Assembly: GCA_046046005.1 (NCBI GenBank)
Contig: JBJOKQ010000001.1
Coordinates: 28 to 64,027, forward strand
Direction: 5' to 3'
Length of the DNA: 64,000 bases
From: Bacteroidota bacterium
GTDB lineage: Bacteria; Bacteroidota; Bacteroidia; Palsa-965
The notes beneath the pieces are model-generated. The model ran no database searches. It saw only the letters and a list, made by a program, of their open reading frames with translations, and was not told the DNA's origin. Of the stretch, positions 37,564 through 48,875 are shown piece by piece. Numbering within the stretch: position 1 is the stretch's first letter; every line of letters starts with the position of its first letter. The position numbers and the translations under genes were made by a program.

Positions 37564-39108
37564 TATTCCGTTCACCGTAAAGAGAGTGATCTCCGGATTG
37601 TTTCTGTATGTTTCCGGAATGTTCTCAAGATCAATACAGCCGATTTTATATCCGCGAAGCACAAGTCGGTGTATGAACTCTGCATCCGGCGTTTGATTGT
37701 ATGCAGTATGTCCGGTGTAAAACATGAATGCGGCGCGGGAATTATCGGGATAGTTGAACACAATCCATTTTCCTTCTTTACATACCGAGGAAATATGCTC
37801 TGCCCGCAATTTATCATCTCGCAACTGATCACGGTACCTTGCAAATTCTGAAAGCGAACTGTGATTAGTAATGATATGCGGAGGATCAAGTGTAAATACC
37901 GCAACAAGAAAAACGGTCAATGCCGTTAACGTCTTCTGCTTTGCAATTCTCTCGAAAAACCGGGACAATAGCATAGCGATTCCCATTAACAAAAACGGCA
38001 CGATCGGCAACATAAACAACGGCATTTTTGTTTTGGCAAGAGTGTAAAACACGAAGAAGAATAAAACAGCTGCGAGAATATATAACCCGCGTTTTTGTCT
38101 TGTGTCACTCATCATAAGAAACAAAAGTCCGGGAACAGATAGTAATGAAAAAGTCCATCCCATCAATTCTCTCAGCGCATCAAAATGGTAATACCATTCG
38201 CCTTCGTGACCTTCGATAGCAATTGTAAAGTGAAGAAAATTGTACTCCATTTCATACGCCGCTTCAGCAGGGAAATAACGAAACGTGTGAATCTGCCAAG
38301 GCAGAACGAGAACAACAACTGTTGCAGCAGCCAAAAATAAATGCAACCATTTCTTTTTGTCCGACCTGTTCTCGCGAGACAATAACCACAATCCCCATGA
38401 GCCGAAAACAAGCATGCCCGGCATCCATTTAACAAGTACTGCGCAACCCACGAGAAAACCTGTAAACAATGCCTGTCGCCATGAGCCGGTGTCGGTATAG
38501 CGCAGCCACGACCAGAAAGAAAAAATCACGAATGCTGAAAATATAAGATCGTTATGATCAGTGTTGCGGAATCCGCTTACCAGTTGAATGAAATAAGAAT
38601 GACACGCAAAGAGCACAGCAGCAATCCACGCAGCAGGAGATGATGCAATGCGTTTAACAATTCCGTAAACGGCAGGAACCATAAGTGTTCCCAGAATGAC
38701 GGAAGGAAGTTTTACTGCGAAAGGAGTAGCGCCGAACAGTTTTACAAACGCCGCGATAATCCAAAGGAATAAAGGAGGCTTATGCAGCCAGATATGATTC
38801 CGCGCCCAATCTTCCATTACAACAGGTAAAACCGGATCGTTGTAGAGCATTGGTGTTCCGGGATGTGCGATGAGATTCTTTGCAACAAGCGCGTGATATT
38901 GTTCATCCCAATCGTATAGAAATGGATCCGTTTGCGTCATGAGCATACGGAGAATGAACGCGCCGCAGCAGAGCAGGAGCATAGCGATGGAATTCCTGCC
39001 GTATACGCGCGCAAATACTGCGGCCGCTATCATGGCTATGCCGGCAGTCAATAATGAATTCTGCTGCGCTGTAAATGCGTTAAAGAGCGTTATTTCATCG
39101 GCGGCCAT
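37555..39108 (-). CDS. Polytopic membrane glycosyltransferase of the GT39/ArnT-PMT-like family
   Basis: 517 aa with about 11 TM helices. The N-terminal loop …[13 protein letters not shown]… resembles the ArnT/PMT DE-containing loop. Confidence 0.55.
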   Translation of the reverse strand: MAADEITLFNAFTAQQNSLLTAGIAMIAAAVFARVYGRNSIAMLLLCCGAFILRMLMTQTDPFLYDWDEQYHALVAKNLIAHPGTPMLYNDPVLPVVMEDWARNHIWLHKPPLFLWIIAAFVKLFGATPFAVKLPSVILGTLMVPAVYGIVKRIASSPAAWIAAVLFACHSYFIQLVSGFRNTDHNDLIFSAFVIFSFWSWLRYTDTGSWRQALFTGFLVGCAVLVKWMPGMLVFGSWGLWLLSRENRSDKKKWLHLFLAAATVVVLVLPWQIHTFRYFPAEAAYEMEYNFLHFTIAIEGHEGEWYYHFDALRELMGWTFSLLSVPGLLFLMMSDTRQKRGLYILAAVLFFFVFYTLAKTKMPLFMLPIVPFLLMGIAMLLSRFFERIAKQKTLTALTVFLVAVFTLDPPHIITNHSSLSEFARYRDQLRDDKLRAEHISSVCKEGKWIVFNYPDNSRAAFMFYTGHTAYNQTPDAEFIHRLVLRGYKIGCIDLENIPETYRNNPEITLFTVNGILK

Positions 39109-39638
39109 ACGCTGCTAATTTCAGGATTATCGCGCATGTAAACCACCCAGATTTTATCGCCCGGTTTTTTCCAGAGATCAATCGGGTCCATAAGGTTGGG
39201 AACATCCCCTCGGTAAGGTCTTCCGCCAACAACATAAGTGAATTCGATAATGCGCGGGTGTTTTCCGTTGATATTCTTAGAACCATCAACACGAATGCTG
39301 CTCACTTCGCCCTGAACATGCGCTCCTTCCTTTAAAGGATCGAGCTCATTTTTTGCATCACGCAAACCTTTTCTCCACAGGAAAACTCCAATGATAGGGA
39401 AGATGATACTCCAGAAAAACACAAGAGTAAACACCATACCGATAATCGTATTCACGTTGTTGGTGTACTTCGTTGCGCGAATGAAAGATTTGGGCAATTC
39501 TCTTGGCGCCGGAGGCGGAGGAGCGCCGGCACCCGATCCGTCACTTACAGGTAACGACCCGCCGCAATTGGGACAATTGCTATGTGAAGGTTGATAGAAC
39601 TGAGATTTGCACCAGGGACAAGTAACATAGAAATTCAT
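39090..39638 (-). CDS. Zinc-ribbon + TM + DUF3592-like domain protein
   Basis: N-terminal CPWC…CPNCG zinc ribbon, a proline/Gly-rich linker, one TM helix, and a C-terminal domain resembling DUF3592. Confidence 0.45.
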   Translation of the reverse strand: MNFYVTCPWCKSQFYQPSHSNCPNCGGSLPVSDGSGAGAPPPPAPRELPKSFIRATKYTNNVNTIIGMVFTLVFFWSIIFPIIGVFLWRKGLRDAKNELDPLKEGAHVQGEVSSIRVDGSKNINGKHPRIIEFTYVVGGRPYRGDVPNLMDPIDLWKKPGDKIWVVYMRDNPEISSVWPPMK

Positions 39639-39687
39639 GCAGAGGCTAATTTCCGCTCAAGGTACAACACGAAAACCAATTGGATGC

Positions 39688-39945
39688 TTAGCCCACCATG
39701 GAGCTGTTGATCAATTCGGCGCCAACAATATCATCAAGATCAATTGCCATTCCGAAGTTCGCTTTGTTGCGCGCGTCAAATCGCTCGCTCAATGTTGCAA
39801 AGAAATATGACGACGTTCCAACCGTGCTGTTCTCCCAGATCACACCGAACACTTCTTTGCCGGACTTCAATTTGAAGCGACAGGGGCGATCGTTAACTAG
39901 AATAAATTCGTTGCGGGTCATATGCGGCTTTCTCAAATTTCTCAA
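39688..39945 (-). CDS. Small hypothetical protein
   Basis: 85-aa ORF, with a possible internal start at MTRNEF. A plus-strand ORF overlaps it, so the strand assignment is uncertain. Confidence 0.25.
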   Translation of the reverse strand: MRNLRKPHMTRNEFILVNDRPCRFKLKSGKEVFGVIWENSTVGTSSYFFATLSERFDARNKANFGMAIDLDDIVGAELINSSMVG

Positions 39946-39993
39946 TTAAAACGCTGAGAAGCCAGATTGTGTTGCCTTCATTTATAAACAAAC

Positions 39994-40029
39994 GCGCCAA
40001 CCTGTTAACTGTTATTAACCGATTGGCGC
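39994..40029 (-). terminator. Probable terminator after the ferritin gene
   Basis: GCGCCAA…TTGGCGC 7-bp stem with a 22-nt loop, followed on the minus strand by GTTTGTTTAT. Confidence 0.4.
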
Positions 40030-40056
40030 AAATTGTTAATTACTCTGTGGCGGCAA

Positions 40057-40578
40057 CTACTTTTCTGCTCCTGCATCCGCAGCGTCTGCGGCAGCAAGTG
40101 TTTGAAGGTCGCGGTCGAACAGATACAGTCCGCCTTTTTCTCCGCCAATCAACTTCAGCTTATCAAGCACTTTGCGTGCAAGTGCTTCTTCTTCGATCTG
40201 TTCGGAAACATACCACTGCAGAAAGTTGTGCGTAGTGTAATCGCGCTCTTTCAAACAGGTTTCAACAAGTTTGTTGATTTCGTTTGATACTTTGATTTCG
40301 TGAGAAAGCACAAGCTCAAATGCCGCTTGCACCGACTTGAATGTTTTCGGCGGCTCAGTTGTTGGGGGTACAATTCCATGTCCGCCTCGCTCATTGATAA
40401 ATTTAATCAACTTGATCATGTGCATGCGCTCTTCGTCGGCGTGACCATAAAGAAACTGCGCAACGCCATCCATGCCTTGAGTTTCAGCCCAAGAAGCCAT
40501 TGCAAGATAATATTGTGACGAGTTGCCTTCAAGTTCAACTTGTTTGTTGAGTGCGGATTCTATTTTCTTTGATAACAT
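40057..40578 (-). CDS. Non-heme ferritin
   Basis: Ferroxidase-centre residues in context …ELEGNSSQYYLAMASWAE…, …HADEERMHM… and …SHEIKVS…EQIEEEA…. 173 aa. Confidence 0.85.
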   Translation of the reverse strand: MLSKKIESALNKQVELEGNSSQYYLAMASWAETQGMDGVAQFLYGHADEERMHMIKLIKFINERGGHGIVPPTTEPPKTFKSVQAAFELVLSHEIKVSNEINKLVETCLKERDYTTHNFLQWYVSEQIEEEALARKVLDKLKLIGGEKGGLYLFDRDLQTLAAADAADAGAEK

Positions 40579-40699
40579 GTTTTCAGAATTTGGTTCTCAA
40601 AGTTAAGAAGTACAATGATCGTTCTGAATTTTCATCTGTGTAATATTCTGAAAAGAGTGAAACTTTTTCGGAACTTTATTGCTTCAAAACCGAACAACC

Positions 40700-41314
40700 A
40701 TGAAAAAACTCTTATTCCCGTTTATCTGTATTCTGGCATTCACTATAACATCGTGCTCTGGAATCCGAATTGAAAAACGACACTACAGCGGCGGTTTTTA
40801 TGTTGAAACAGGCACAAAAAACAGAAGCAACGCAGAGCAAATCGAAACAGAATCTGTTGCTATTAAGCAGAACAATGCCGAGCCGAATTCCGCTCTTCGG
40901 GTAACGAAATCATTGGAGAGTCCATGTGTTGCTAAATCAGAGAATTCCGCTCCATCACAAGAGTCCGAAAAGAACAGCGTAGCAAAAGTGATTATTGACA
41001 AAATCAAAAGCACTACGCCTGCAGGAAAGACCGAAACGAACATTTCAACTGCAGAAGAAAATAAAGTTGTAACCACAGAACAGGAAAATTCTTCCGCTCC
41101 GGCTTCTGATGTGCCGCTTTGGGTATATGTGCTTTTGGCGCTGTTTATTCCACCGTTGGCTGTTTACCTTAAGCAAGGCGTAACAAACATGTTCTGGATT
41201 GATCTTATCCTTTTTATTCTCGGATACGGATTATTCCGCTTTTCATATTACCTCTGGGGAGCGGCACTGGCAGCTGTTGTAATCGCGCTTCTGGTAATAT
41301 TTGATGTGCTTTAA
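40700..41314 (+). CDS. Lipoprotein with a C-terminal YqaE/Pmp3-family (UPF0057) membrane domain
   Basis: Lipobox …FTITSCSG. A Ser/Thr/Glu-rich low-complexity middle region. The C-terminus …VLLALFIPPLAVYLKQG…ILFILGYG… matches the Pmp3/YqaE two-helix proteolipid. Confidence 0.55.
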   Translation: MKKLLFPFICILAFTITSCSGIRIEKRHYSGGFYVETGTKNRSNAEQIETESVAIKQNNAEPNSALRVTKSLESPCVAKSENSAPSQESEKNSVAKVIIDKIKSTTPAGKTETNISTAEENKVVTTEQENSSAPASDVPLWVYVLLALFIPPLAVYLKQGVTNMFWIDLILFILGYGLFRFSYYLWGAALAAVVIALLVIFDVL

Positions 41315-42691
41315 TCAGCGGATTCCTTTCCGCTCTTTCCACATCTGATTAAACGTTTTCTGCGCTACAACAGGAAGTTCGCGGCGTTCGCCCCACGACT
41401 TTCTGAAGAACTGACGCAGCATAAAGTTTTTAAGCTTCGCGCCGCCTTTGTCCATATTCGAGCGCTTCATCATAGCGCCTTTCCAGAAAAACCACATCAT
41501 ACTTTCTGTTTTACTGGAAGGACCTTGTTGTACACTCTCGCGGCGATTGTACTGCAGCAATTGATGAATGTCAATGTTCACAGGACAAACCTCTGTGCAT
41601 TTTCCGCAGGATGTTGTCGCGAAACTTAAGTGACGATAGTTGCCTTCCGGTTTCAAATGCTGCATCACTACGGATCCGATCGGGCCGCTGTAAACAGCAT
41701 CGTATGTATGTCCGCCTACATTCTCAAAAACAGGACACGCATTCAAACATGCTCCGCAACGAATACAGGAAAGCGCCCGGCGTTGTTCGGTTTGTGCGAG
41801 CAGATTACTTCTGCCGTTATCAATGAGCACAACCACCATTTCTTTCGGGCCGGATTCTCCTGCGGCAGCAGGACCATTGACAACGCTGTTGTAAACTGTC
41901 ATCTTCTGTCCGGTTCCGTAAGTAGCCAGCAGCGGCCAGAAAATATCGAGATCTGCGAGAGATGGAATAATCTTTTCAATGCCCGTAATTACAACGTGCA
42001 AATCGGGCGCTGCGAAACTCATCCAGGCGTTGCCTTCGTTTTCGGTAATGGCAACGCTTCCTGTTTCAGCAACAAGAAAATTAGCACCGGTAATTCCCGC
42101 ACTTGCCTTGTGAAACTCGGAGCGAATGTGCGCGCGCGTCCATTGCATAATTTTCGAAGGAGAAAGATTCTCATCTGTCCCGAACTTCGTATGATACAAT
42201 TGTGCAACATCTTCCTTCGACTTATGCATCGCAGGGGTTACAATGTGATACGGTGCTTCTCCGGCAGTTTGCTGAATGAATTCTCCCAAATCGGTTTCAA
42301 CGGAGCCGATTCCTACGCGCTTGAGTAAATCATTCAAGCCGATTTCTTCCGTAACCATTGATTTCGACTTCACCACCGTTTTCACATTTCTGGATTTCAG
42401 AAGTTCAAGAATTTCTCTTCCTGCTTCTTCTGCATCCTGAGCCCAAATCACTTTGCCGCCTCTGCGGGTGAAATTGGTTTCGAAGTCGATCAGATAACGA
42501 TCCAGATTTTCAATTACGCGATTCCGAAGAACTGCTGCGCGCGAACGGGCTACATCAAGACGCACGTATTGCGACTTCCCGGAAGTAACAGCCTGATTAT
42601 ACTGTGCAATGTTGTGCTGCACAGTTGCGCGCTCTTTTGCGTCGAACACGCGTGATTCTGCATCGCGATTGAATTGCTGGAGATCTGCCAT
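41315..42691 (-). CDS. lutB: Lactate-utilisation iron-sulfur protein LutB/LldF family
   Basis: Two 4Fe-4S ferredoxin motifs (CIRCGACLNACPV and CGKCTEVCPV) downstream of a LUD-like domain. 458 aa. Confidence 0.75.
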   Translation of the reverse strand: MADLQQFNRDAESRVFDAKERATVQHNIAQYNQAVTSGKSQYVRLDVARSRAAVLRNRVIENLDRYLIDFETNFTRRGGKVIWAQDAEEAGREILELLKSRNVKTVVKSKSMVTEEIGLNDLLKRVGIGSVETDLGEFIQQTAGEAPYHIVTPAMHKSKEDVAQLYHTKFGTDENLSPSKIMQWTRAHIRSEFHKASAGITGANFLVAETGSVAITENEGNAWMSFAAPDLHVVITGIEKIIPSLADLDIFWPLLATYGTGQKMTVYNSVVNGPAAAGESGPKEMVVVLIDNGRSNLLAQTEQRRALSCIRCGACLNACPVFENVGGHTYDAVYSGPIGSVVMQHLKPEGNYRHLSFATTSCGKCTEVCPVNIDIHQLLQYNRRESVQQGPSSKTESMMWFFWKGAMMKRSNMDKGGAKLKNFMLRQFFRKSWGERRELPVVAQKTFNQMWKERKGIR

Positions 42692-42692
42692 G

Positions 42693-44318
42693 TTACTTCT
42701 TCAATTTGTCGCGGCGCAATGCCGGCGTACGGTTTGCAAGATCCCACGCTGTATAGAAAACAAGACGTGTACGCACTTCCATTAATCGGAAATTAATCTT
42801 CGATACTTCGTCCGTCTCCTTGTGATAATCGGCGTGCACACCGTTGAAGAAAAACGCAACGGGAATTCCGCGCTTGGCAAAATTGTAATGATCGGAACGA
42901 TAATAAAACATGTTCGGATCATCGGGCGCATCAAAGCGATAATCCAGTTTCAGTTTTGTGTGTTTCTTGTTCGCCGCTTCCAAGGTCTTTTTCAGATCGG
43001 AACTGATCATCGCAGAACCGATTACATAAACAAAGTTGCTGTCTTTGCTGTGTATATCGTCAACGCGACCGATCATATCAATGTTCAGATTACACATTGT
43101 GTTCTCCAATGGATAAACAGGGTGGGTTGTATACCACGAAGAACCCAGTAATCCTTTTTCTTCCCCCGAAACGTTCATGAACAGCATACTTCTGCGCGGG
43201 CCTTTACCGTCTTTCTTCGCTTGCATGAATGCTTCTGCCATTTCCATCACTGCAACTGTTCCCGTTCCGTCGTCATCTGCACCGTTAAACACTTTTCCAT
43301 CATGAATTCCAAGATGATCATAATGTGCGGTAACTACAATAATCTCATTCTTGAGATCAGTCCCTTCTACAAATCCGAGTACGTTTTCCGTTGTCAGTTT
43401 TTCTTCCTTGCGGGAAATGTTGATGCTCAAGTTCGAAGAATACACAGCAGAAATTGTTTTCCCGCCTGTATTAATTGTGCTGCGGAAATTCTCAACGGTT
43501 TCTGCAGATCCCGACTGCGCAAGAAGACTGTTTGCCATAGCACTGCTGATGTAAATCATCGTAACCTGGGGTTCTGCGTTCGGTTCCGCGGGCTCATCAA
43601 GATTAAGCGAATAACCTTCAATGCTGTGTTGTGCCTGCGCTTTACTCTTCTCAAAATCTTCGGTTACTACCAGAACCACGTTTGCGCCGACCGCTTTAGC
43701 TGCATTCAATTTTGCACGACGCTGAGTTGTCCACATTCCCGGTTTGTCAGTTCCTGTGAGTTTGAAAACTCCGCCGTTAACCGGTTCTCCGTCGAGAATC
43801 ATGATCGTTTTATTTCGGTAGAAGTCCTTGTTCTGTGCTGTTCCTGCGGCGTAATCAGAGTAATTTTTATCATCTATTCCGTAACCGGCAAATACAAACT
43901 CAGTGACATTTGTTTTGATCGGTTGCGCATAAGAAGTGTAGAAGAAATCCTTCATCTTCTCATACGTTTTCTCTTCTCCTGCTTTGTTCTTGGCAGAGAA
44001 AGTTCCTTCACCTCCTGAAATCTTTATAAGTTTCACAATCTGATACCAGGACCCGTCTGCCTGCGGTGGAATTCCAAGCGCTTTGTAAAAAGCGGCAATA
44101 TATTCAGCTGCCATTTTTTGTCCTCGCTCGCCGGTCTCTCGACCTTCATATTCATCTGAGGCAATAATGGAAAGATGTTTTCTTAAATCTGCAGCCGTGA
44201 TTGATGCTGCGTATTTATCAGAGTCAGACGGAGCTTTTTTTATTGCGGCTGTCCACGCAATTGCTGCTATAGAAATTGATAACAGGAAAACTTTAGAATT
44301 CAGTTTCAACATGTACAA
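42693..44318 (-). CDS. M28-family aminopeptidase with a PA domain, secreted
   Basis: Signal peptide. Zinc-ligand motifs …AHYDHLG… and …GADDDGTG…. A PA-like insert. Confidence 0.75.
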   Translation of the reverse strand: MYMLKLNSKVFLLSISIAAIAWTAAIKKAPSDSDKYAASITAADLRKHLSIIASDEYEGRETGERGQKMAAEYIAAFYKALGIPPQADGSWYQIVKLIKISGGEGTFSAKNKAGEEKTYEKMKDFFYTSYAQPIKTNVTEFVFAGYGIDDKNYSDYAAGTAQNKDFYRNKTIMILDGEPVNGGVFKLTGTDKPGMWTTQRRAKLNAAKAVGANVVLVVTEDFEKSKAQAQHSIEGYSLNLDEPAEPNAEPQVTMIYISSAMANSLLAQSGSAETVENFRSTINTGGKTISAVYSSNLSINISRKEEKLTTENVLGFVEGTDLKNEIIVVTAHYDHLGIHDGKVFNGADDDGTGTVAVMEMAEAFMQAKKDGKGPRRSMLFMNVSGEEKGLLGSSWYTTHPVYPLENTMCNLNIDMIGRVDDIHSKDSNFVYVIGSAMISSDLKKTLEAANKKHTKLKLDYRFDAPDDPNMFYYRSDHYNFAKRGIPVAFFFNGVHADYHKETDEVSKINFRLMEVRTRLVFYTAWDLANRTPALRRDKLKK

Positions 44319-44386
44319 ATATAAACACGTGTTACGCCACGCAATAGCACATGTAACGTGTTACTTATACACAGTGTCGCTGTGAA

Positions 44387-45364
44387 TTAGTTTGAGGCGC
44401 TTCTGAAAATGATCCGGCGCTCAGAAACTTCTCCATTCTCGATATACAGAATGTAAGCGCCTGCGGACTTTAGCATACTTCCAATCGGCACAATTGATTG
44501 CCCGTTGTATACTTGGTCGCTTACCAACAAGCCGTTCGCTGAAAAAATGATGACCCGGTTTGTTCCGGATTGTAAAAGCTTTAATTCTGTACTCTCACTC
44601 GCAGGATTCTGAATGGCCGAAAGAATGTGTACCGTTGCTGAGTTTATTCCTGTACCTGCAAGTAATAACTGTTGTATGTCGGTTATTACATCTGTTTCAT
44701 GGTCTTGGATCCATCCGTACTTATTGTAAACCGTTCCATCCGGGCGTAATAAGTAGCCGTTATTCGGTGAAGGGCCGAAGTTCTGCCAATATTCATTTCC
44801 TGGTCCATCCGCATATACCGGGCATGAAGAGCCTTCGTTCTGAATCGTCTGTTTGATGCAGTTTATTCTGTCGTTGTATACCTTGTGTTGCCGAATAAGA
44901 ACATTGTCTGTGTAATTCTGTTGTGTTGTCCAAACTGTACCGGTGTAAGGAGAAATGTCCGGAGTTACCGGATGCGTCTCTAATTGATATACGACAAGAA
45001 TATTCACCTGAGAACCGAACATTGAAACTAAGGCCGGTATTATTTGTGTTGCAGTATAACGATAGGCCGGACAAGTTCTCGATCCTGAGATGAGCAGGAC
45101 GGGTTTATTATCTGTGATAAGCTGTGATAATTGCAAAGCGTTGCCCGAAGTATCATAAACAATAAGGTCTGCAACCGGGTTTCCGGGCTGGTATCCGCCA
45201 TTTATGAATAAAGAAGTGGAGTCTATGTAAGGGACAAATTGCTGAATAGAATCAGTAACTGCCGGCGCGGGTCCGCAATTGATACAAGAAAGCAATTGTG
45301 ATTGCCCTGAAGTCCTTACGCAAATCGAAAGGATAAAAACGAAAAATGTAATTATTCTGAGCAC
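44387..45364 (-). CDS. Secreted protein with a probable T9SS type-A C-terminal domain
   Basis: Signal peptide MLRIITFFVFILSICVRTSGQ. C-terminal ~80 aa (…IIFSANGLLVSDQVYNGQS…SAGAYILYIENGEVSERRIIF) has CTD-like character. Confidence 0.45.
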   Translation of the reverse strand: MLRIITFFVFILSICVRTSGQSQLLSCINCGPAPAVTDSIQQFVPYIDSTSLFINGGYQPGNPVADLIVYDTSGNALQLSQLITDNKPVLLISGSRTCPAYRYTATQIIPALVSMFGSQVNILVVYQLETHPVTPDISPYTGTVWTTQQNYTDNVLIRQHKVYNDRINCIKQTIQNEGSSCPVYADGPGNEYWQNFGPSPNNGYLLRPDGTVYNKYGWIQDHETDVITDIQQLLLAGTGINSATVHILSAIQNPASESTELKLLQSGTNRVIIFSANGLLVSDQVYNGQSIVPIGSMLKSAGAYILYIENGEVSERRIIFRSASN

Positions 45365-45400
45365 GGATGAAACTAAATCATGCTCAAGATAGAAAGAAAA

Positions 45401-45832
45401 TTAACAGCTGATTTTATTAACGCGATTTGCGTGTCTTCCGCCTTCGAATGCGGTGTTGAAGAAAACGTCCACGCATTCTTTAGCTGTTTCTTCAGAGATG
45501 AATCGAGCCGGCAATGAAATGATGTTGGCGTTATTGTGTAAACGAGCCAATTCAGCAATCTCTGGTAGCCAGCAAATTGCAGCGCGGATTCCTTGATGTT
45601 TGTTAGCGGCCATACTGATGCCGTTTGCAGAACCGCAAATCAATACGCCGGATTCTGAGCGACCGGATTCAATATCGTCTGCTACAGGATGCGCATAATC
45701 AGGATAATCAACACTCGCTTCACCATTGGTTCCGCGATCTGTAACCTCATGGCCATTAGAAATGAGATAATTCTTGATAAACTCTTTCAATTTATAGCCT
45801 GCGTGATCAGCTCCAATCGATATTTTAGCCAT
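45401..45832 (-). CDS. rpiB: Ribose-5-phosphate isomerase B
   Basis: MAKISIGADHAGYKLKE…ICGSANGISMAANK… are RpiB/LacAB signatures. The ATG at 45832 is preferred over the track start at 45853. Confidence 0.85.
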   Translation of the reverse strand: MAKISIGADHAGYKLKEFIKNYLISNGHEVTDRGTNGEASVDYPDYAHPVADDIESGRSESGVLICGSANGISMAANKHQGIRAAICWLPEIAELARLHNNANIISLPARFISEETAKECVDVFFNTAFEGGRHANRVNKISC

Positions 45833-46337
45833 GATGATGGTGATTTTCTCCAAAGGTACAGTGGTAATTCTTGCGAATACAAAAACTTAATTAACAAAGA
45901 GAGCATTGGGCATAAAAAAGCAGTCTGAATTTGAATCATTTACAGTTAACTTTATAAACACAATTCCGGTGTATAACTTGTTTTTCTGTGTATAAACTAA
46001 AGAGAAAGAAATTTGGATTCCGGTTAACAAATGTTCAGTGCATTTAATATTCAGAATCACAATAGTTGTTGAAAAAGAGTTAGAAGGAAGAAATGCACAT
46101 AAAGTTGACGACCTTTGTACTGTTTAATTACGCACATTCAACTTTATTAACAGTCTTGTTAGCATTGTGAATGAAGTTCAACGTTTATTGAAAATGAACA
46201 TCTTACATCAGAATAATATGTTCATAGAATGTTATAAGGTGGTAACAAACTTGAAATCCTACGAAACTGAAAACGAGTTTTACACCATATTGACAAGCTA
46301 ATAGTAATAATAGATTTTATATAAAATAAGATTACTA

Positions 46338-47324
46338 ATGATAACAGGGCCAATGAGCAAAGGATATCTCGATATTAAAATTGATCCTACTCTTGATATA
46401 TTTGCAGAGATCAAAAAACTCAAGCGCGAAAAAAATGCAATTCTGCTCGCGCATTATTACCAGGACGGCGATATTCAGGATGTTGCGGATTTTATCGGAG
46501 ACAGTCTGGGACTTGCACAGAAAGCTGCCGCCACAGATGCTTCTTTAATTGTTTTTGCCGGTGTGCATTTTATGGCTGAAACAGCCAAGATTCTCAATCC
46601 GAATAAAAAAGTTGTATTGCCGGATCTGAATGCCGGATGCTCGCTTGCCGATTCATGTCCCGCAGCGCCCTTCGAAGATTTCCGTAAACAACATCCCGAT
46701 CACATTGTGATCACTTATATCAACTGCACAGCAGAGATCAAAGCTTTGAGCGACATTATATGTACTTCAAGCAATGCAGAACAGATTGTTGCCAGTTTAC
46801 CAAAAGATCAGAAGATCATATTTGCACCTGATAAAAATCTGGGCCGATACATTGCTAAAAAAACCGGACGCGATATGTTGTTGTGGGACGGTTCGTGCAT
46901 GGTGCATGAAATATTTTCGTTGGAGCGAATCGTGAAACTCAAAGCGCAGCATCCGAAAGCGAAATTCATTGCACATCCCGAATGTGAAACACCGGTTCTT
47001 GAACTGGCAGATTTTATCGGTTCAACAACTGCGCTGCTGAATTACACGAAGAAAGATTCAGCAATGGAGTACATTGTTGGAACAGAAACAGGAATTCTCC
47101 ATCAGATGCAAAAAGAATCACCTGATAAGACATTCATACCTGCTCCTCCGAACAATAATTGCGCCTGCAACGACTGTCCGCACATGAAACTGAATACACT
47201 TGAAAAACTGTATATTTGTTTAAAGCACGAACAGCCGGAAATCATTCTTCCGGAAGATCTGAGAAGCCGTGCAGAAAAGCCGATCAGACGAATGCTTGAA
47301 CTGTCGGCACAGTTCGGAATGTAA
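46338..47324 (+). CDS. nadA: Quinolinate synthase
   Basis: Cysteine ligands and the …[18 protein letters not shown]… motif typical of NadA. 328 aa. Confidence 0.85.
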   Translation: MITGPMSKGYLDIKIDPTLDIFAEIKKLKREKNAILLAHYYQDGDIQDVADFIGDSLGLAQKAAATDASLIVFAGVHFMAETAKILNPNKKVVLPDLNAGCSLADSCPAAPFEDFRKQHPDHIVITYINCTAEIKALSDIICTSSNAEQIVASLPKDQKIIFAPDKNLGRYIAKKTGRDMLLWDGSCMVHEIFSLERIVKLKAQHPKAKFIAHPECETPVLELADFIGSTTALLNYTKKDSAMEYIVGTETGILHQMQKESPDKTFIPAPPNNNCACNDCPHMKLNTLEKLYICLKHEQPEIILPEDLRSRAEKPIRRMLELSAQFGM

Positions 47325-47332
47325 GAGCTGAA

Positions 47333-48874
47333 ATGATGAAACTGAATATCCGGATCCTTTTTACAGCATTGTTGTTGTGTGTATTCACATTTGTGAATGC
47401 TCAAACTTCCAATGATCCGAACGGATACAATAAGTTTTATTATGAAAACGGTAAGTTGTCCAGTGAAGGACCTATGCGCGATGGTAAGCCTGATGGTTAC
47501 TGGAAAACATATCATCTCAATGGTAAATTGAAATCAGAAGGAAACAGAAAAGATTTTCAGCTTGATTCTGTATGGAAATTTTATACCGATCAAGGAAAAC
47601 TCTCACTCGAATACACATATCGCGAAGGAAAGAAAAACGGTCCGACACGTACCTACGATTCGAATGGTCGACTCATCACGGAAGAAACTTTTGTGAACAA
47701 CACAAAACATGGTGTTACTACTGAGTTTCATGTAAATGGAAAAGTGCATAAAACAATTCCGTTCACTGAAGGTCGTGAGCAGGGAACCGGTTATGAATAT
47801 GATTCAACCGGAACAATTATCACAATAACGCAATACAAAGCCGGATTTGTTCAAAGTACTGAACGCATCAACCGTCGTGATATTAACGGATTGCGTCAAG
47901 GTGTGTACAAAGAATTCTGGCCGAACGGAAAAGTAAAATCGGAAGGTCGTTATCTGAACGACAAGAAGAACGGATACTTTAAAGAATACAACGAATTCGG
48001 AAATCTCATTGTAGCGACCAAATGGGAGAATGGTGTTCTTGTTGAAAATCCGCCGGAGCTGGCAAAGATCGAAACAGTAACATCTTATCATAGTAATGGA
48101 AAAATCAAAGAAGTTGGAAATTACAAAGACGGTTTTCCTGAAGGAGTTTTTCGTCAGTATTCTGAAGAAGGAAAACTGATTGGTTCAGAAGTTTATAAAG
48201 ATGGCATTCTCGTTGGTCAAGGAATTTTTGATGAAAAAGGAAGAGAGCAAGGTCATTGGAAAGAATTTCATGAAACCGGAGAACTGAAAGCAGAAGGTGA
48301 TTATGTCAACGGTGTTCGTGTAGGTGATTGGACGTTCTATTATCCGGAAGGGAAAATAGATCAGAAAGGAAAATACGATCAACGCGGACGACCGATAGGA
48401 ACCTGGAAATGGTATTATGAAAACGGTCAGCTTCTTCGTGAAGAAAAGTATACTGATGGTTTGAGAAACGGAATGCTCATTGAGTATGACGAGAACGGAA
48501 AAGTGATTACTCAAGGAGAATATATCGACGGACAAAAAGAAGGTTTCTGGTTTTTTGAAATTGATGATTACCGCGAAGAAGGAAATTACGTTGCAGGTGA
48601 AAGAAACGGATTATGGAAACACACATACACCACAACAGGCAAGCAAAGATTTGAAGGAAATTTTATCAATGGACAACCCGACGGAGAACACATTTACTGG
48701 TATGATAACGGTAAAGTGTGGCAGAAAGGAAAGTACATCTATGGTCGCAAAGAAGGCGACTGGAAACATTATCAGGAAGACGGAATATTACTGTTAACCA
48801 TCACTTATAAAGATGGAGTGGAAATAAAATTCGACGGAGTAAAAATCAAACTGGAAGATCCAGATCCGAAATAG
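47333..48874 (+). CDS. Secreted MORN-repeat protein (YwqK-like repeat family)
   Basis: Signal peptide. About 18 tandem ~23-aa repeats of the form GxWKxYYENGKLxxEGxYxNGKKxG. Confidence 0.75.
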   Translation: MMKLNIRILFTALLLCVFTFVNAQTSNDPNGYNKFYYENGKLSSEGPMRDGKPDGYWKTYHLNGKLKSEGNRKDFQLDSVWKFYTDQGKLSLEYTYREGKKNGPTRTYDSNGRLITEETFVNNTKHGVTTEFHVNGKVHKTIPFTEGREQGTGYEYDSTGTIITITQYKAGFVQSTERINRRDINGLRQGVYKEFWPNGKVKSEGRYLNDKKNGYFKEYNEFGNLIVATKWENGVLVENPPELAKIETVTSYHSNGKIKEVGNYKDGFPEGVFRQYSEEGKLIGSEVYKDGILVGQGIFDEKGREQGHWKEFHETGELKAEGDYVNGVRVGDWTFYYPEGKIDQKGKYDQRGRPIGTWKWYYENGQLLREEKYTDGLRNGMLIEYDENGKVITQGEYIDGQKEGFWFFEIDDYREEGNYVAGERNGLWKHTYTTTGKQRFEGNFINGQPDGEHIYWYDNGKVWQKGKYIYGRKEGDWKHYQEDGILLLTITYKDGVEIKFDGVKIKLEDPDPK

Positions 48875-48875
48875 A

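Noticed and set aside
39969-40287. Two plus-strand ORFs (88 and 84 aa) opposite the ferritin gene
   Set aside because: Antisense to a confidently identified ferritin. Rejected as shadow ORFs.
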